Origin: Lama guanicoe
Lineage: Eukaryota
Length of the DNA: 64,000 bases
Assembly (NCBI GenBank): GCA_013239625.1
Contig: MU053881.1
Coordinates: forward strand, 14,934,373 to 14,998,372
Reading direction: 5' to 3'
Shown piece by piece: positions 31,601-43,600 of the stretch (position 1 is the first letter of the stretch; every line of letters begins with the position of its first letter). Under the pieces are notes generated by a model, which saw nothing but the letters and a program-made list of their open reading frames with translations, had not been told where the DNA came from and did no database searches. Both the position numbers and the translations under genes were made by a program.

Positions 31601-34600
31601 GGCGCACCCACACCCACGTACCCGTGCACATGGCTGCACACACGTGAACACGCACGCCCACACACATGGGCAGGGAAGGCCCAGGGCCAGTCAGATGGCC
31701 TTGAGGGGTGGCAGGACTGACAGTGAGGGCTGTCTGGGGCACGCTGCAGGGCTCCCGGTGCCAGGCAGTCGCTGTCACTGATGTTGCTTGGAATGAGCCT
31801 GCTGGGGTTATACTGTCCACAGACTTCTAAAGGGCAGCCACCCCCTCACTTGGAGGACAAAGGGCCTTGGCTTCTCACCAGATCCCTTGGGGGCAGGACG
31901 GGCCAGGCCAGGACCTGGATTTAGACCCTGTTCTGGTCCCACTCAGTGAGGCCCTGCTGTATACCTCTGGGCAAGCTATCTAACCTCTCTGAGCCTGCTG
32001 TTCAGTGAGGCCCAGCCAGCCAACCCAGGGCCCCCTAAGTGCTACGTCTCTGTCTCCTTCAATTCCTCAGCAGCCTGTCCTGAGTAGTTTGGGATGGAAG
32101 TTGAGCCCAGGTTGGGCAGGGGGTCTGCACAGGAAAGTATGGGTATCAGAGACAACACTGTGGTGACTCAGCGACGACCAGCTCAGGCCTCCTCGGGGTT
32201 GGAAAGAGGAAAACGACCAAGGAACATTCTCCTCGCCTGGGTGGGTCTGCAGAAACACAGAAGCCACTGGAGCCAGAGTCCTGAGAGAGCCAGCACTCTC
32301 TTGGGGCAAAGTGGGAGTAACAGACGACACATGCCTTGACCTGAGAGCCTGGCCTGGACACCCCATAATTCCAACATCTCCCCAGCTCCACAGTGAGGAA
32401 CCACCCACATCCTCATTTAAGGGGACCCTTGAGGTCTGCCCTCCAAGGGGTCAGAGCAGCTTGGAAATGTGGGTCTCTACCTGTTGGGTTACCTGCCTGC
32501 CCTGCCCAGCTCAGGCGGGGGGCCTGTTCTTTGCAGAACACATGTTCTGATGACATTTATCCTGGGGCTGGCAGCCAGGGGAGGGCTGGCTGGGCCCCAA
32601 ACGTGGGTCCCTGTTCCTCTGGATCTAACTGTGACCACCTCCCTCCTACCAGGGAAATCAGGGTGAAAGTCTGAACAGTCAGGAAGGTTTGGGTGCAGGG
32701 GTCAAAACTTAGCACTTGTTACCCTGAGCCTGGCCACAGGCAAGGGGTCCCATGGTCTGAACTGCAGGTCCCCAGCCCAAGGCCCTGTGCTGTATGAAGC
32801 AGAGCTGGCTTCATCCCTTCTTCTCCTCCAAGTTTATCTCTATCCCTCTGGCTCCCAGAAACCCATTTCCCAGGCCCTGAGAGCTCTGTGCTCTCCCTGC
32901 CTCTGAGGTAGCCTTTTCTTGGGCGGGAAGGGCTGAGGGGGCATTTGGGCCCACGGGGGAGGGCTTGGCATAAGACATGCAGTGGGCCATCCTGGTGAAG
33001 TTTGGGGCACTTGACCCTTGTTCGTGCCTCAGGTTCCCCATGTATACTGGGGTGACGACCTTGGCTTGAGGATTCCAGGAAGAATCCCCTGTGGAACCCC
33101 ATGCCTCAGGCCAAGGTGGCCTCAAAAGCGGAGCCTCAAGGTGGCTGCAGATAAAGCCAGGTGCCCTGACGGTCCTCCTGTCAGCTCCAATGGGGGCCTC
33201 TCATAGCCCCCGGGGTTCCTCCCACACAAGCCTCCCACCCAGGCCCCACAGGACTCCATCGCCGGCTTACCGAGGCAATGTCGATCCCCATCGGTGGCTG
33301 GCCTGCATTCTCTGGGGGGGACTGGGGGAGAGAGGACGGTACCGTGACTGCAAGTGGGGGCAGTTGGGGCCCCCGAGTCAGGCTGGTGCTCGGCATCAAC
33401 GGGGGTGGGGGCTGAGGTGGTGGTGGTGGCGGCTGCTGAGAGCCTGCCTGGGTGAAGAAGGCGTAGGGCAGCTGCTGCTCCAGAGACAGGGCATCCATGG
33501 CCACGGCCTGAAGGGAGAGGAGGGCATCAGACAGGAGACACGCTCAGAGATGGGGTGGGGCTGGGAGCACCTGGTCCCCAGAGGACCCCCATCGGCCTGG
33601 CGTGCTTGGCAACAAGGTGATGGGCAAACAAAGGGATGTCCAGATCCTGGATCGGCGAAGTGAAGGCTTAGCAGGGAGGCCTCCCCCAGGACCCACGGAG
33701 GACCTGTCCTCAGCAAGCCTCTCTCACCGCACACTGAGCAGCAGCACCACCGTCTGCACTCAGAGACTCAGGATGCCCCCGGCCTTCCTGAGCTGGAGTT
33801 TCCCCACTGTGGGCAGGCACGGGGCACCACACTCTGGAAGCCTAGTGGGGAGCCAGCACCCAGCCCCTGTGGGGTCCTGCAGCGGGAAGGAACCCCCTCC
33901 CACCCTCCTCAGCCTGGCCCATCAAGGGGAGGCTGGAGACGAGTTGGGTGAGGAGACACTGATGTAGTCACTGAGCAATGACCAGCTCGGGCTTCCTTAG
34001 AGTTGGAAAGAAAATAGCTGGAGAGAAGTTTTCAACATTCACGAGTCTGTGCAGACAGTTCCAGGGGCAGGCAAGGGCTCCTGCCCTCTGAGGGAGGCTG
34101 GACGTGCCCAGGAGCTACAGCATGAAACACTTATCCGAATGCCAGCTTCTGATCAGCGGGGAGCAGTTTATGCCCCAAAGAGTGTTTCCGGAAAGGGAAG
34201 GCAGGACTCAGGGGTGGGGCATGGTGGGAGCAGAGAAGAGCCAGGGGCCACAGATGGAGAGACTGAGGACACAGCCACCAGAAGCCACCCAGGGCACTGC
34301 CTGGATCCTGGTCTGAACAAGAACTATACAAGCAGACAGTGACATACTGGGGAACTGGGCCCAGGTGGGTATAGGAAGGTATAGAAGAATTACTGTTCAT
34401 TTAGTTGTAAGTGGATAAGGTCATCGAGGTTATGTAAAGAAACAAACGTTATCTATTAGGGTCTGAAAAGCAGACAAAATGGACAAATTCCTCAGAACAC
34501 ACAAACTACCAAAACAGTCCAAAGAAGAAAAAGAAAATCTGAGTAGACTGATAAAAGTGAGATTAGATCAGTCATCACACAATTTCCAGTGAAGACATGC

Positions 34601-37600
34601 TGAGACCGTAGTGCCTTCAGTGGTGAATTCTACCAAACATTTAAGAAAGAATTAACCAATGCTTCACAGACCCTTAAAAAAAAAAAAAACCAGAAGAGGA
34701 GGGAACACTTTCTAACTTGTCCTATGAGCCTACGCTGACTAAGCGAAAGAGAAGATTCCAATTACTGAAATCAGAAATGAAAGAGGGAACATTACTGACC
34801 ACTTTACAGAAATAAAAGGACTATGAACAGCTATATGCCAGCATGTTGGGTAACCCTCAGGAAATGCACCAATTGCTAGGCATAATCAAACTCCCAGAGA
34901 AGTAGACAAAGCAAAGACTGTAAATTGAAAAAATACCAAACCTCTTAACACATTTTATTTTGGGAAATTTCAACTAGATCCTAAAGGAAAAAAAAAACAA
35001 AACTAGATCCTAAAAGAGAGACTAGCATAATGAAGAAGGTCAATCATGCAGGCACACACTAACAGCCATGATTGGCAAAGGGGACCTCAGGCCACTGATT
35101 TCTGCATTTCCCATGTGTTTGAAAATCTGACAACAAAAAGCAAACATGTTGGGAAAGTCTTCAGGATTCTGCTCCCTGGAGGAGCGAGAGGCCTCCCAGA
35201 GAGGCAGAGCTGGGCCCCACCTCCCCTGCCCCACTAAGCCCTCGCACCTGAGTGATGGGTGACAGCGGGGAGAGAGTGGGCGACACCTGCTGGGCCTGCT
35301 GCCGCCTTGCCTCCGTGTTCAGGGACAGTGGGCTGATGCCAGCTGGGCGGTGCTGCGGTGAGGAGCCAGGCGTGCTCATCCCTGAAAGGGAGGGAGGGAA
35401 GGTGGGCGTGATGCGAGCATGCAGGGGGTGGCACTCACACACCCAGGATCATTGCTGGGGACAGCCCAATCACACAGACGGAAACCAGAGGGCACATCCT
35501 GATCGCCAAATCCACGACTCCACTCCCGCCCCAGGTCCAAGGCCCCGATACCCTGACCTCTGGGTCCCCCAGCTCTGCACGGGCTCCATTCTCCTTCCCA
35601 TCTCCAATGCTGACCAACGCTCTCCCCACTGATCCCACCAACCCTCCAGGAGGGACAGGTTCTGCAGGCCCCACTGATCAGCGCTTCCCCACCTTTGGGC
35701 CACAGCATGATTGGCCCCCAGATGGACATGCGACCAGGCTGGCCAATGAGACCCTGTTCAGGGGCTTTTGCTGGGACTCCAGGAAGGGAAGTCCACAATT
35801 GTGTGAGGGGGCATATGGTAACCACAACAGGGAGGGCCAGATGACAAACAGGGAGCTGAGGAGCAGAGTTAGCACCTGAGCCCCAGACCCAGCCATATTG
35901 GTGCTTCTTGATTTCGGGAGACAATTGGTCCCCTTTTTTGCCTGAACTGGTTTGGGTTTTGGAGAGCTCCAAGCAAGTCAGTCCTGCCTGATGTTGCAGT
36001 TTCTTCTTGAGTCTCATCATTCTGCTCACCCTCCTTTCATGAACTTGCCCCTTCCCATAACTGCTCCTTTGGCTCCTCTTGGCCCCAGATCTATGTATCT
36101 GGTGGTCCCTCCCTCACACCCACAACCTTCTCCCCCCCACCTCATGCACTCCCCAGGCTGGAGCACCACTCCCACCAGGATGCCCAAGTTGAAATCCAAT
36201 TCCTTCATCTTCTTCCTGATAGAGCTCCAGCTGGGGGGCTCCAAGTCACCCTTTCCCTCACCCTGGCCCCATCCCTCAGCAATCTGATCCCTGGATGTAT
36301 CTGCTGTGAAGGGGCTGAGTGAGGTCAAGTTCAGTGTGGCAGCAGTTAGGGCCTGCCAGGTGATCCTGGGGCAGTGCCAGGGAAGCAACAGGCCCCTTGA
36401 TGCTGGGGGAAGGATGGAGACCCCTGGCAGGGGAGGTCTCGCCTGATCCCCCAGACTCTGTCTCCTTGTCCTTGTGGGTTCACTGTGAGGCCCTAAGGAG
36501 GTCATGAGCAGCTATGGCCCACAGTCAAAGCCAGGTGAAGGCTCCTGACTCACTGGGGAAGCTGGGCCCATCCTGCGAGATCAACCCTGTTTCAGCAGGT
36601 GAGGCAGCAGGTTCAAGGGCTGGCGAGCGCGCTCTCAGCACGCACTGAAGGGAGATGACGGGCAGCCTGCCCTCCACCAGGGCAGCTGTTCACTGGGGCT
36701 ATGTCATCTGTGCCAGGCGAGCCCGGTCATGCCTGCACTTCCCCTAGGACGTCCTGGCAGCTTCACTTGGCCAACTGCGGGGGCGCCTGGCACTGTGGAC
36801 TGCTCCCGCAGTACAGCCCTGGGGGCCAGTTTCTACACAGACTTTGGGCCCACAATCAGGCTGCTGCAGACATAGCAACGTCACAGGAGCCACTGGTGGA
36901 GGCCTAGGCAGGAGGAGTCTGGGAGACGCCTGTTGAGAGTGCACTGGGAGGTGGGACCCTGGGTTGCTCCTTGTCTTCTCTGAGCATCCAAATGCCTCAT
37001 GTGTCCGGTGGGCAGAGGAACACTCCACACCCACGTTGGGAGGAGATGTCAGGGCTCGGTAAGCAGCAGAGAAGCAAACACCAGGAGTGAGGGAGATAAG
37101 AGGGGTGGCAGGGATGGGAGGAGTCTGTGGCAAATTGGAGTGCTCCAGCCCAAATTGAGGTGCAGGACCTCGACCCTCCATCGCTAGGCCTGATTCTTCC
37201 AGAGAAGCTGGAAATCCAGGTCTTTACATGTATGTTTGAATGTTGATTCAAAGCATCACACACAGTCGTAGGCCAGCCAAAATACACTGATGGGCTGGAT
37301 CTGGCCCTTAGGCTGCGAGCCTCTAATGTCTGCCCTGAATACAAGGGAGTTTTTAATCTTCTGCTGGGCTGCAGAGCTCGCTCTTGGCCTTCCATGGGGC
37401 AGCCACCACCCCCAAGACATCAGTTGGGCCGGGAGGGCCGAGGGCCACTTTGCCGTTGAATTTCTGACAACCCGGATCACTTTGGGGAAAAGAAGTGGGT
37501 CCAGCTGGAGGGGAAGCCTAGCTTGGGCAGGGAGAGCTGCCAGGGGAGGGCAGGCCTGGTGGCAGGAGCCCAGCCCAGGGGCACGAAAGCTCAGTGGCAG

Positions 37601-40600
37601 GCCACAGAGCTGTGCCAGGAAGGAGGACCCCAGCCTGTCCACCCCCTAGGTCCCACAAGCAGCCAGGGAAATGACTTTAGCAAATGTGGAAGGAGGCGAG
37701 AGGGGCCGCTGTCTCCCTGGCGGCAGAAGCCTCCCTCTTCCTCCTCCTCAGGCTCACGTTCTGACTGCAGGGTGGGCCGGGTGATGGTGGGGGTGAGCTC
37801 CACGTGTGCCAGCGGCCGGCGGCTCAGCTTGACTTAAAACACGCCCAGAAAGTGAAGCCCCTGCCATGTGAGCTGCTGGAGCGGCAGGTTCGCAAACAAC
37901 CAAACACATGTCAGACATTACTGGGCCGACGCTCTGAGCCAGGGAGGCTGGGGTCTGGGCCCCAGGCTCGGGGTCTGCACTCTTTCCCGCATCTATGGTT
38001 TTCACATGTGTGTGTTTTCCTGTGCTTGTTTAGACTCGGCGCAGGCTGGAGGTGCGCGGCTCCCGGGCGGGCGCTGGGGAGCTGCCAAGGACCCTCTGGC
38101 GGAGGGGGGTGGTGCTCTGGAGGCTGCTACAAGGCGTGAGGAGAAAAACAGGGGCCAGGGAACAGCAGTGTCTGCAATGGGGGGGCGAGTCCCTCCCCTG
38201 CGGCCCCAGAGCCAACCTTCTGATTTCTTGCCTTGCACAGGCGTGCGTGGACACTGCCCACCCATCTGTCTCTTGGAGGGCCATGGGTCTTGGGCTCCCC
38301 CAAATCTGCTCATTTTGTCTTCTGGGGCTCCCCTGGAGGCGGGGCATGGCCAGGGCTGGTGTCCTCTGCCCAGTGGCTGAGCCTCAGCGGGCACACGGCC
38401 AAGTGTGTGGAAGAAACACAGCCTCAATGCAATCAGGCCAGAATCCCACTCCCCGCTTCACCATTCTGGCTTCTATCTCCTCATCTAAAAACCTAGGAAA
38501 CCCTCACCTGCCCCCAGCCTTGTCGGCACCAAAGTGAGGAATGACTCCAGGCTCCTGTTTTGCTTTACTGCCTGAATCAACCCAGCTCCAAGGCTGGCCA
38601 ATTTCACCCTGAAATCTCTCTGCAAAACTCTCAGTGGGGCTCTGCCCTGGTCCAGGTGCTGCTGCCCGTTCCTTATGGCCAGCTCTCCCCGGCAGCCAGA
38701 GGAAATGCGGCAAACACGAACCTGAGTGTCTGATTCTCTTTCACAAAATCCTGTGTGGCGCTACCCACCATGCTCGGGGCAGGGGTGCAGGGGGCCCATG
38801 GATGGGGTGAGCGCTGGCCCCTGCATGGCTCCAGGTGAGGTAGTGCTCTCACTAACCGCTGAGTCCTGACACACATGGACTCACAGAAGGGCCCCCTGCC
38901 GTCCCTCCTGCCTGCCCCACCACCAGGCTGTGGTGGGGCCATCCCATCTCCATGGATACAAACCCACACATCCCACAGTCAACATGCGTACAGAGGTCAC
39001 AGCAAGGACATGGGAGATCAGGGCCCAGCCCAGGGGACAGATGAGAGCAAATAGCGACTTAACAGCAGCAGGGAGGGTGCAGAAAGGCAACCCAGTGTGA
39101 GAGGCGGCAGGGGTTCGAGCAGGGAGTCAGGAAGGCCTGAAGATGGGAGGGGAGGTCATCTAAGCCGGGATGGAGCAAGGGGCCTGGAGGAGGAGGAGGC
39201 CAAAGACCCCAAGGTAAACTCATGGGCTGGAGCAAAGTCAACATGGGGAGCAGGAATTAAAGGTCCCGGGGGTCTCAAGGTTTCACTAGGAGGGAGCTGA
39301 GGGGCTGAGCAAGGTCCTGACAAGAGGGCCATGAGCTGATGGCAGTTCTGGTGGTGAAGAGGCTGGGGGGCCCAGCAGGTGGAGGCCATCCCAGGGAGAG
39401 GATCTGAATCGAGCTGGGTCATGATAGGGGGCCGACAGGACATGCCAATGGGTCAGAGTGGATAAGAGGACAGAAGAATTGGGGAGGATATCCCCAGGGT
39501 CTCTGCCTGAGTTGCAGGGGGACGGTGCCGCTGGAAGTCCTCAGAAGGAGGGGTGAGGCAGCATCGAGAGATATTGGGATAGGCGAGGGGCCCGTGGAAC
39601 ATCCTCAAGGATGTGATCTGGAGAGAAAGGAGCATGGAGCGCTCCTCTCCCAGGGAGGGGGTTGGCTGGAGCATCCCAAGCAGGCAGCCAGTCAGCTGGG
39701 GGTGGGAAGGGCAGATCAGGTCTGTCCCTCGATGAGGGGCATGGGGAAGGCCTGGCCCACCCCAACTCTCTGAAGCACCCAGCATCCCCTAAGAACTACG
39801 GTCCAAGGTCCAATCCCTGGGGGCATGAACCTGAGTAGTGCCAGGCCTTTGCCCAGGAAGTGCCCTCTGCCCAGATGCCTTTCCCCTTGGGTCAGCCTGG
39901 CAACAGCAAACCCTCGTGGTGGACTCTGCCCTCCACCCCCACGGCCAGCATTGTGGATGTGACCCTGCTAGGTCATCATTCAAACACATGTGTCATCATC
40001 ACTAGATAGTGAGCTCTGCCAGGGAAAGGAGTGTCCCCGCCGCCCGGCCGGGCCTTACCCTGGCCGGCACCGCCGATGCCCAGGTGTGTCAGGTTGGCTG
40101 CAAGGTTCCCGGTGCTGCTGGAGCTGCTCAGCGCAGGGAAGGTGGGCTCCTCCGGGTCCAACGGGGTCGGGAGGGGGGAGGGGAAGTGGATGTTGGTCAG
40201 GTCAGGCAGGGAGCCCCCCGTGTTGTGGGTAGCGGGGATCAGGGCTGTAGTGTTTTCCTGGTCAGCAGATGGAAAGATGCTGGGGGGAAAGGCCAGACAG
40301 AGGGGGAGGTGAGCTCTTGGGATGGCAGCTGGCCCGTTCTCCCCCAAAAGCTGTGGCTGAGGCAGGAGGAGGCCGGTGCAAAAAATTAGCAGGTGCAAAA
40401 TGACACCCCACAATTAGGCGCTGCCCTGCTCGAGAAACAACTGTCAGCCCACACTTCCAACGGAAGCTTAGGAAGCAGCCTGTCCCTGCGGGATGGGGGC
40501 TGGGGTGAGGGTCCTCCCACTGACCAGGGACAGACTGTGTCTGAGGGGTGAGTGTGCTGGGGCTGAGGCCAGGGGCTCAGTCATCTCGGGCAGGGAGGGG

Positions 40601-43600
40601 CGGGAGCATCCCCCACGGTGAGGCTTGCTGGGTGGCTGCCAGAGGCACAGTGTCCCCTCCTGTTGGGACCTGCAGCCTCATGAGCAGATAGGAAGCCCTG
40701 GGGTCACCCAAGTAGCCCATGGTGGCCTTAGTCACACAGGGTGGGGCCCTGCTGACACTTACTTGATTCCGGGGACCTCACAGGACTTGGGCCTGGACCC
40801 TGCCTGAAAGAGAAGACAGCAGAGGCTGAGCTGGCTCCTCATGTGCATTGTGCCTCCTCACAACATACTGATCTCCCGAGAGGGGCCAAAATATGCTCAA
40901 CAAAAAACAAGTTTATCTGCAGATGAAGAACAGGTAGCCCCGTGGGATAGGGAGGCCTGCCCCAGGCACACTCAGGGCAAAAATAAGAGCTGTGTGGAGA
41001 CGGTCTTCCTACAGCCTCCTCCCGGCTTCAATCTGTCTGCTTGGTAAGGTGGGCACAGCCCAGGGGTGGCTCAGTCCCTTGTCAGAGCAGGCATGGGGGA
41101 GAAGAGGATGTCTGCCCACTCTTCACATATGAAACCCCCACATATGTACCACGGCTCTCGGCAGCCAGCTGGGGGGCGAAGCAGCTGAAAACCCAGGTGC
41201 CTCCAGGCTAACCCTGAAGCCATTCCTGAGCCAGGGAAGGCGGGGGCTTCAGTGGCAAGGGATGCCTCTGCTCGGTGTCCATCAACCCGTGACAGGGAAG
41301 GACATCACGTGGGGAAGTCTGAGGAGGCTCAAAGTGGATGCCTTAAATAACACAGAAGGTACTGCTGGTGCCCTCTGCTGACCCACCTTACAATGGTGCC
41401 CCAGAGCTGTGACTCCCATGGGGACCCTGGTGCTGGCATGCTTCCTGGCCCACAGGCCTGAGGACAGAGACAGTGGTTACCAGCCCTGGGGAGGGGGTCC
41501 CAGAGAAACCCTATTTCCTCCTCTGTGAACTGGGGACACTATCGCCATCCAAGAACTGCAGGCTCCAGGCAGGATCTCTAGACTCACGTTCAAGGACAAA
41601 GGAGGCAACTCTCTTCCGGTGGCAGCAGACATGATCGGACAGAACCCCGCGTGCCAACAGAGGGCTCAGCTGTGTGTCACGTTCCCTTAGTCCTCTCTGC
41701 CTCTCGGGCCCTCAGGCAGACACTCCTGGCTGATGTGTTCTTTAGGGATTATCAGACAAGACACACACCAGCGGAGGGCTGGGCCTGCCTCACCGTGCAC
41801 ACACCCGGTGGGGGTGGGGTGGGGAAGGCCTGACTGGCAGAGACTGGGGAGCCCAAAGGATGGCATGTGACCAGCAGGCGGTAAGCCTCTGTGGGGAATG
41901 CCAGAGGAACGGGTTTCTGCTTGGCCACAGGCTCCTTAATTCCGTGAGTAAACACTCGCTTCATTACCAGATTTTTTTGCAAAGCACTTTGACAATGACT
42001 TTTTCTGAAAAATCTTTTCAAAAGCATTCCACGAACATTATGGGATACTAATGGATTTCTAAACAGCATTAAAAATCCACCCATCATCCCCCCACCCCCA
42101 CAACGAATCCCCAAGAATTACTCTGCTGACACCCTCACAGATGCATCGTTTTGCGCGGCAGTTAAAAGGCATCTTGCCAAGATGCTGGGCTCTGCCGCCC
42201 TCTTCTCACTCCCAGGATGCTGGGGCTGTTTCCCTTCTCAGAGTCACGACACTCGCCACCTTCATTTTCTTTACAGCAGCACATCTGGGCACGCAGAGGG
42301 ACCCTGTTGTCCTTTCTTATGCACCCCCCTGCAACTAGATGTTTCAGTTGCTTTCTGACTTTGAATTGTCAAAATTTTTAAGTTTTTCCCTAGAGCTTGA
42401 AAATCATATGCATTCTGCATGCAAAACTGGAACATGTAGACAGGGATTAAAAGGCCAACAGTGGTGCCCACACCCCACTACTTGGCAGGACATGCCCCAC
42501 GCGGGGCTACCTGGGCTGCGTGCTGTACACCCAGGGATCTGTGGGCATCTCTGCGTGGTCTGTGCCTGTCCAAAGGGCTTTATCCTGCTCTTTCCACATA
42601 ACAGTTTTATCACAAGTGTCTCTCATACCTTTAAAATTTCTTCAAGATTCCCAATTACAATCACATGGAGCATTTCATGAGGGGCTGAGGACAATTTCCT
42701 TATAAATCCCCTACTGTCAAAAATTCAGGTTGTTTCCAGTTGATTTCAAAAGCTCGGAACCTATGCTTTTAAGGAACATAGGGCTGTTTGCTCATTCACC
42801 AGCTCCCTCCAAGTTCCTCAAGGAATAGGTGATTTTTGGTGCTGCCCCTTTCATGCAACTTTAACAGCAAAGGGTTTCAATTCTTTTTTTTTAACATTCA
42901 AAATAGCTTTAGTGTTAAATGCATTTTTGTTCTATTCAAATTCTTTGAAATCTGTATTCATGGCACAAATTCTATTTTATCACTAGACAGTTTTGTAGGT
43001 TGAACTTGAGAACTTTCTTTCTGGATACAGAAATCCCAATACAACTGGGAATTCCAAGTAGACGCTGTAATCTTAATAAATTATGCGATTATTGTGCAAA
43101 TGAATGGGAGTTTATGTTTAAGGATGATGATAAACAATGATAATTACTCAATACTGTGCATTAGTAACGCGATTAAGGCTAAGAATTAGGAGGCATAGGT
43201 TCTAAAACCCTAAGTATCTTCACATTCTTGGGCAAATCACTTAACCTCCATGGCTTCAATTTCTTTTTTTTTTTCAGTTGAGATAAAATTGACATATAAC
43301 ATTATATTAGTTTCAGGTGTATAACATAATGCTTCGCTATTCGTACATGTTGTAAAGGGATCACCACAACAAGTCTAGTGAACATCCATCACTACACATA
43401 AAAATATACAACGCTTTGTGAATTTGCGTGTCATCCTCGAGGGCCATGCTCATCTTCCCTGTATGATTCCAATTTTAGTGTATGTGCTGCCCAAGCAAAC
43501 GTGGGTTTTAATTCTTTACATGGTTTTCGATAGGCTATGTAACTGGTCAAAACTGAATGAGGTTCACACCTCAGGGAAGGCGACTCTCACCCAGTGTGTG

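Noticed and set aside
43400..43502. Functional U6 snRNA gene
   Set aside because: Many substitutions including the ACAGAGA box, a small internal deletion, fusion to an L1 tail, and no recognisable PSE/TATA upstream.
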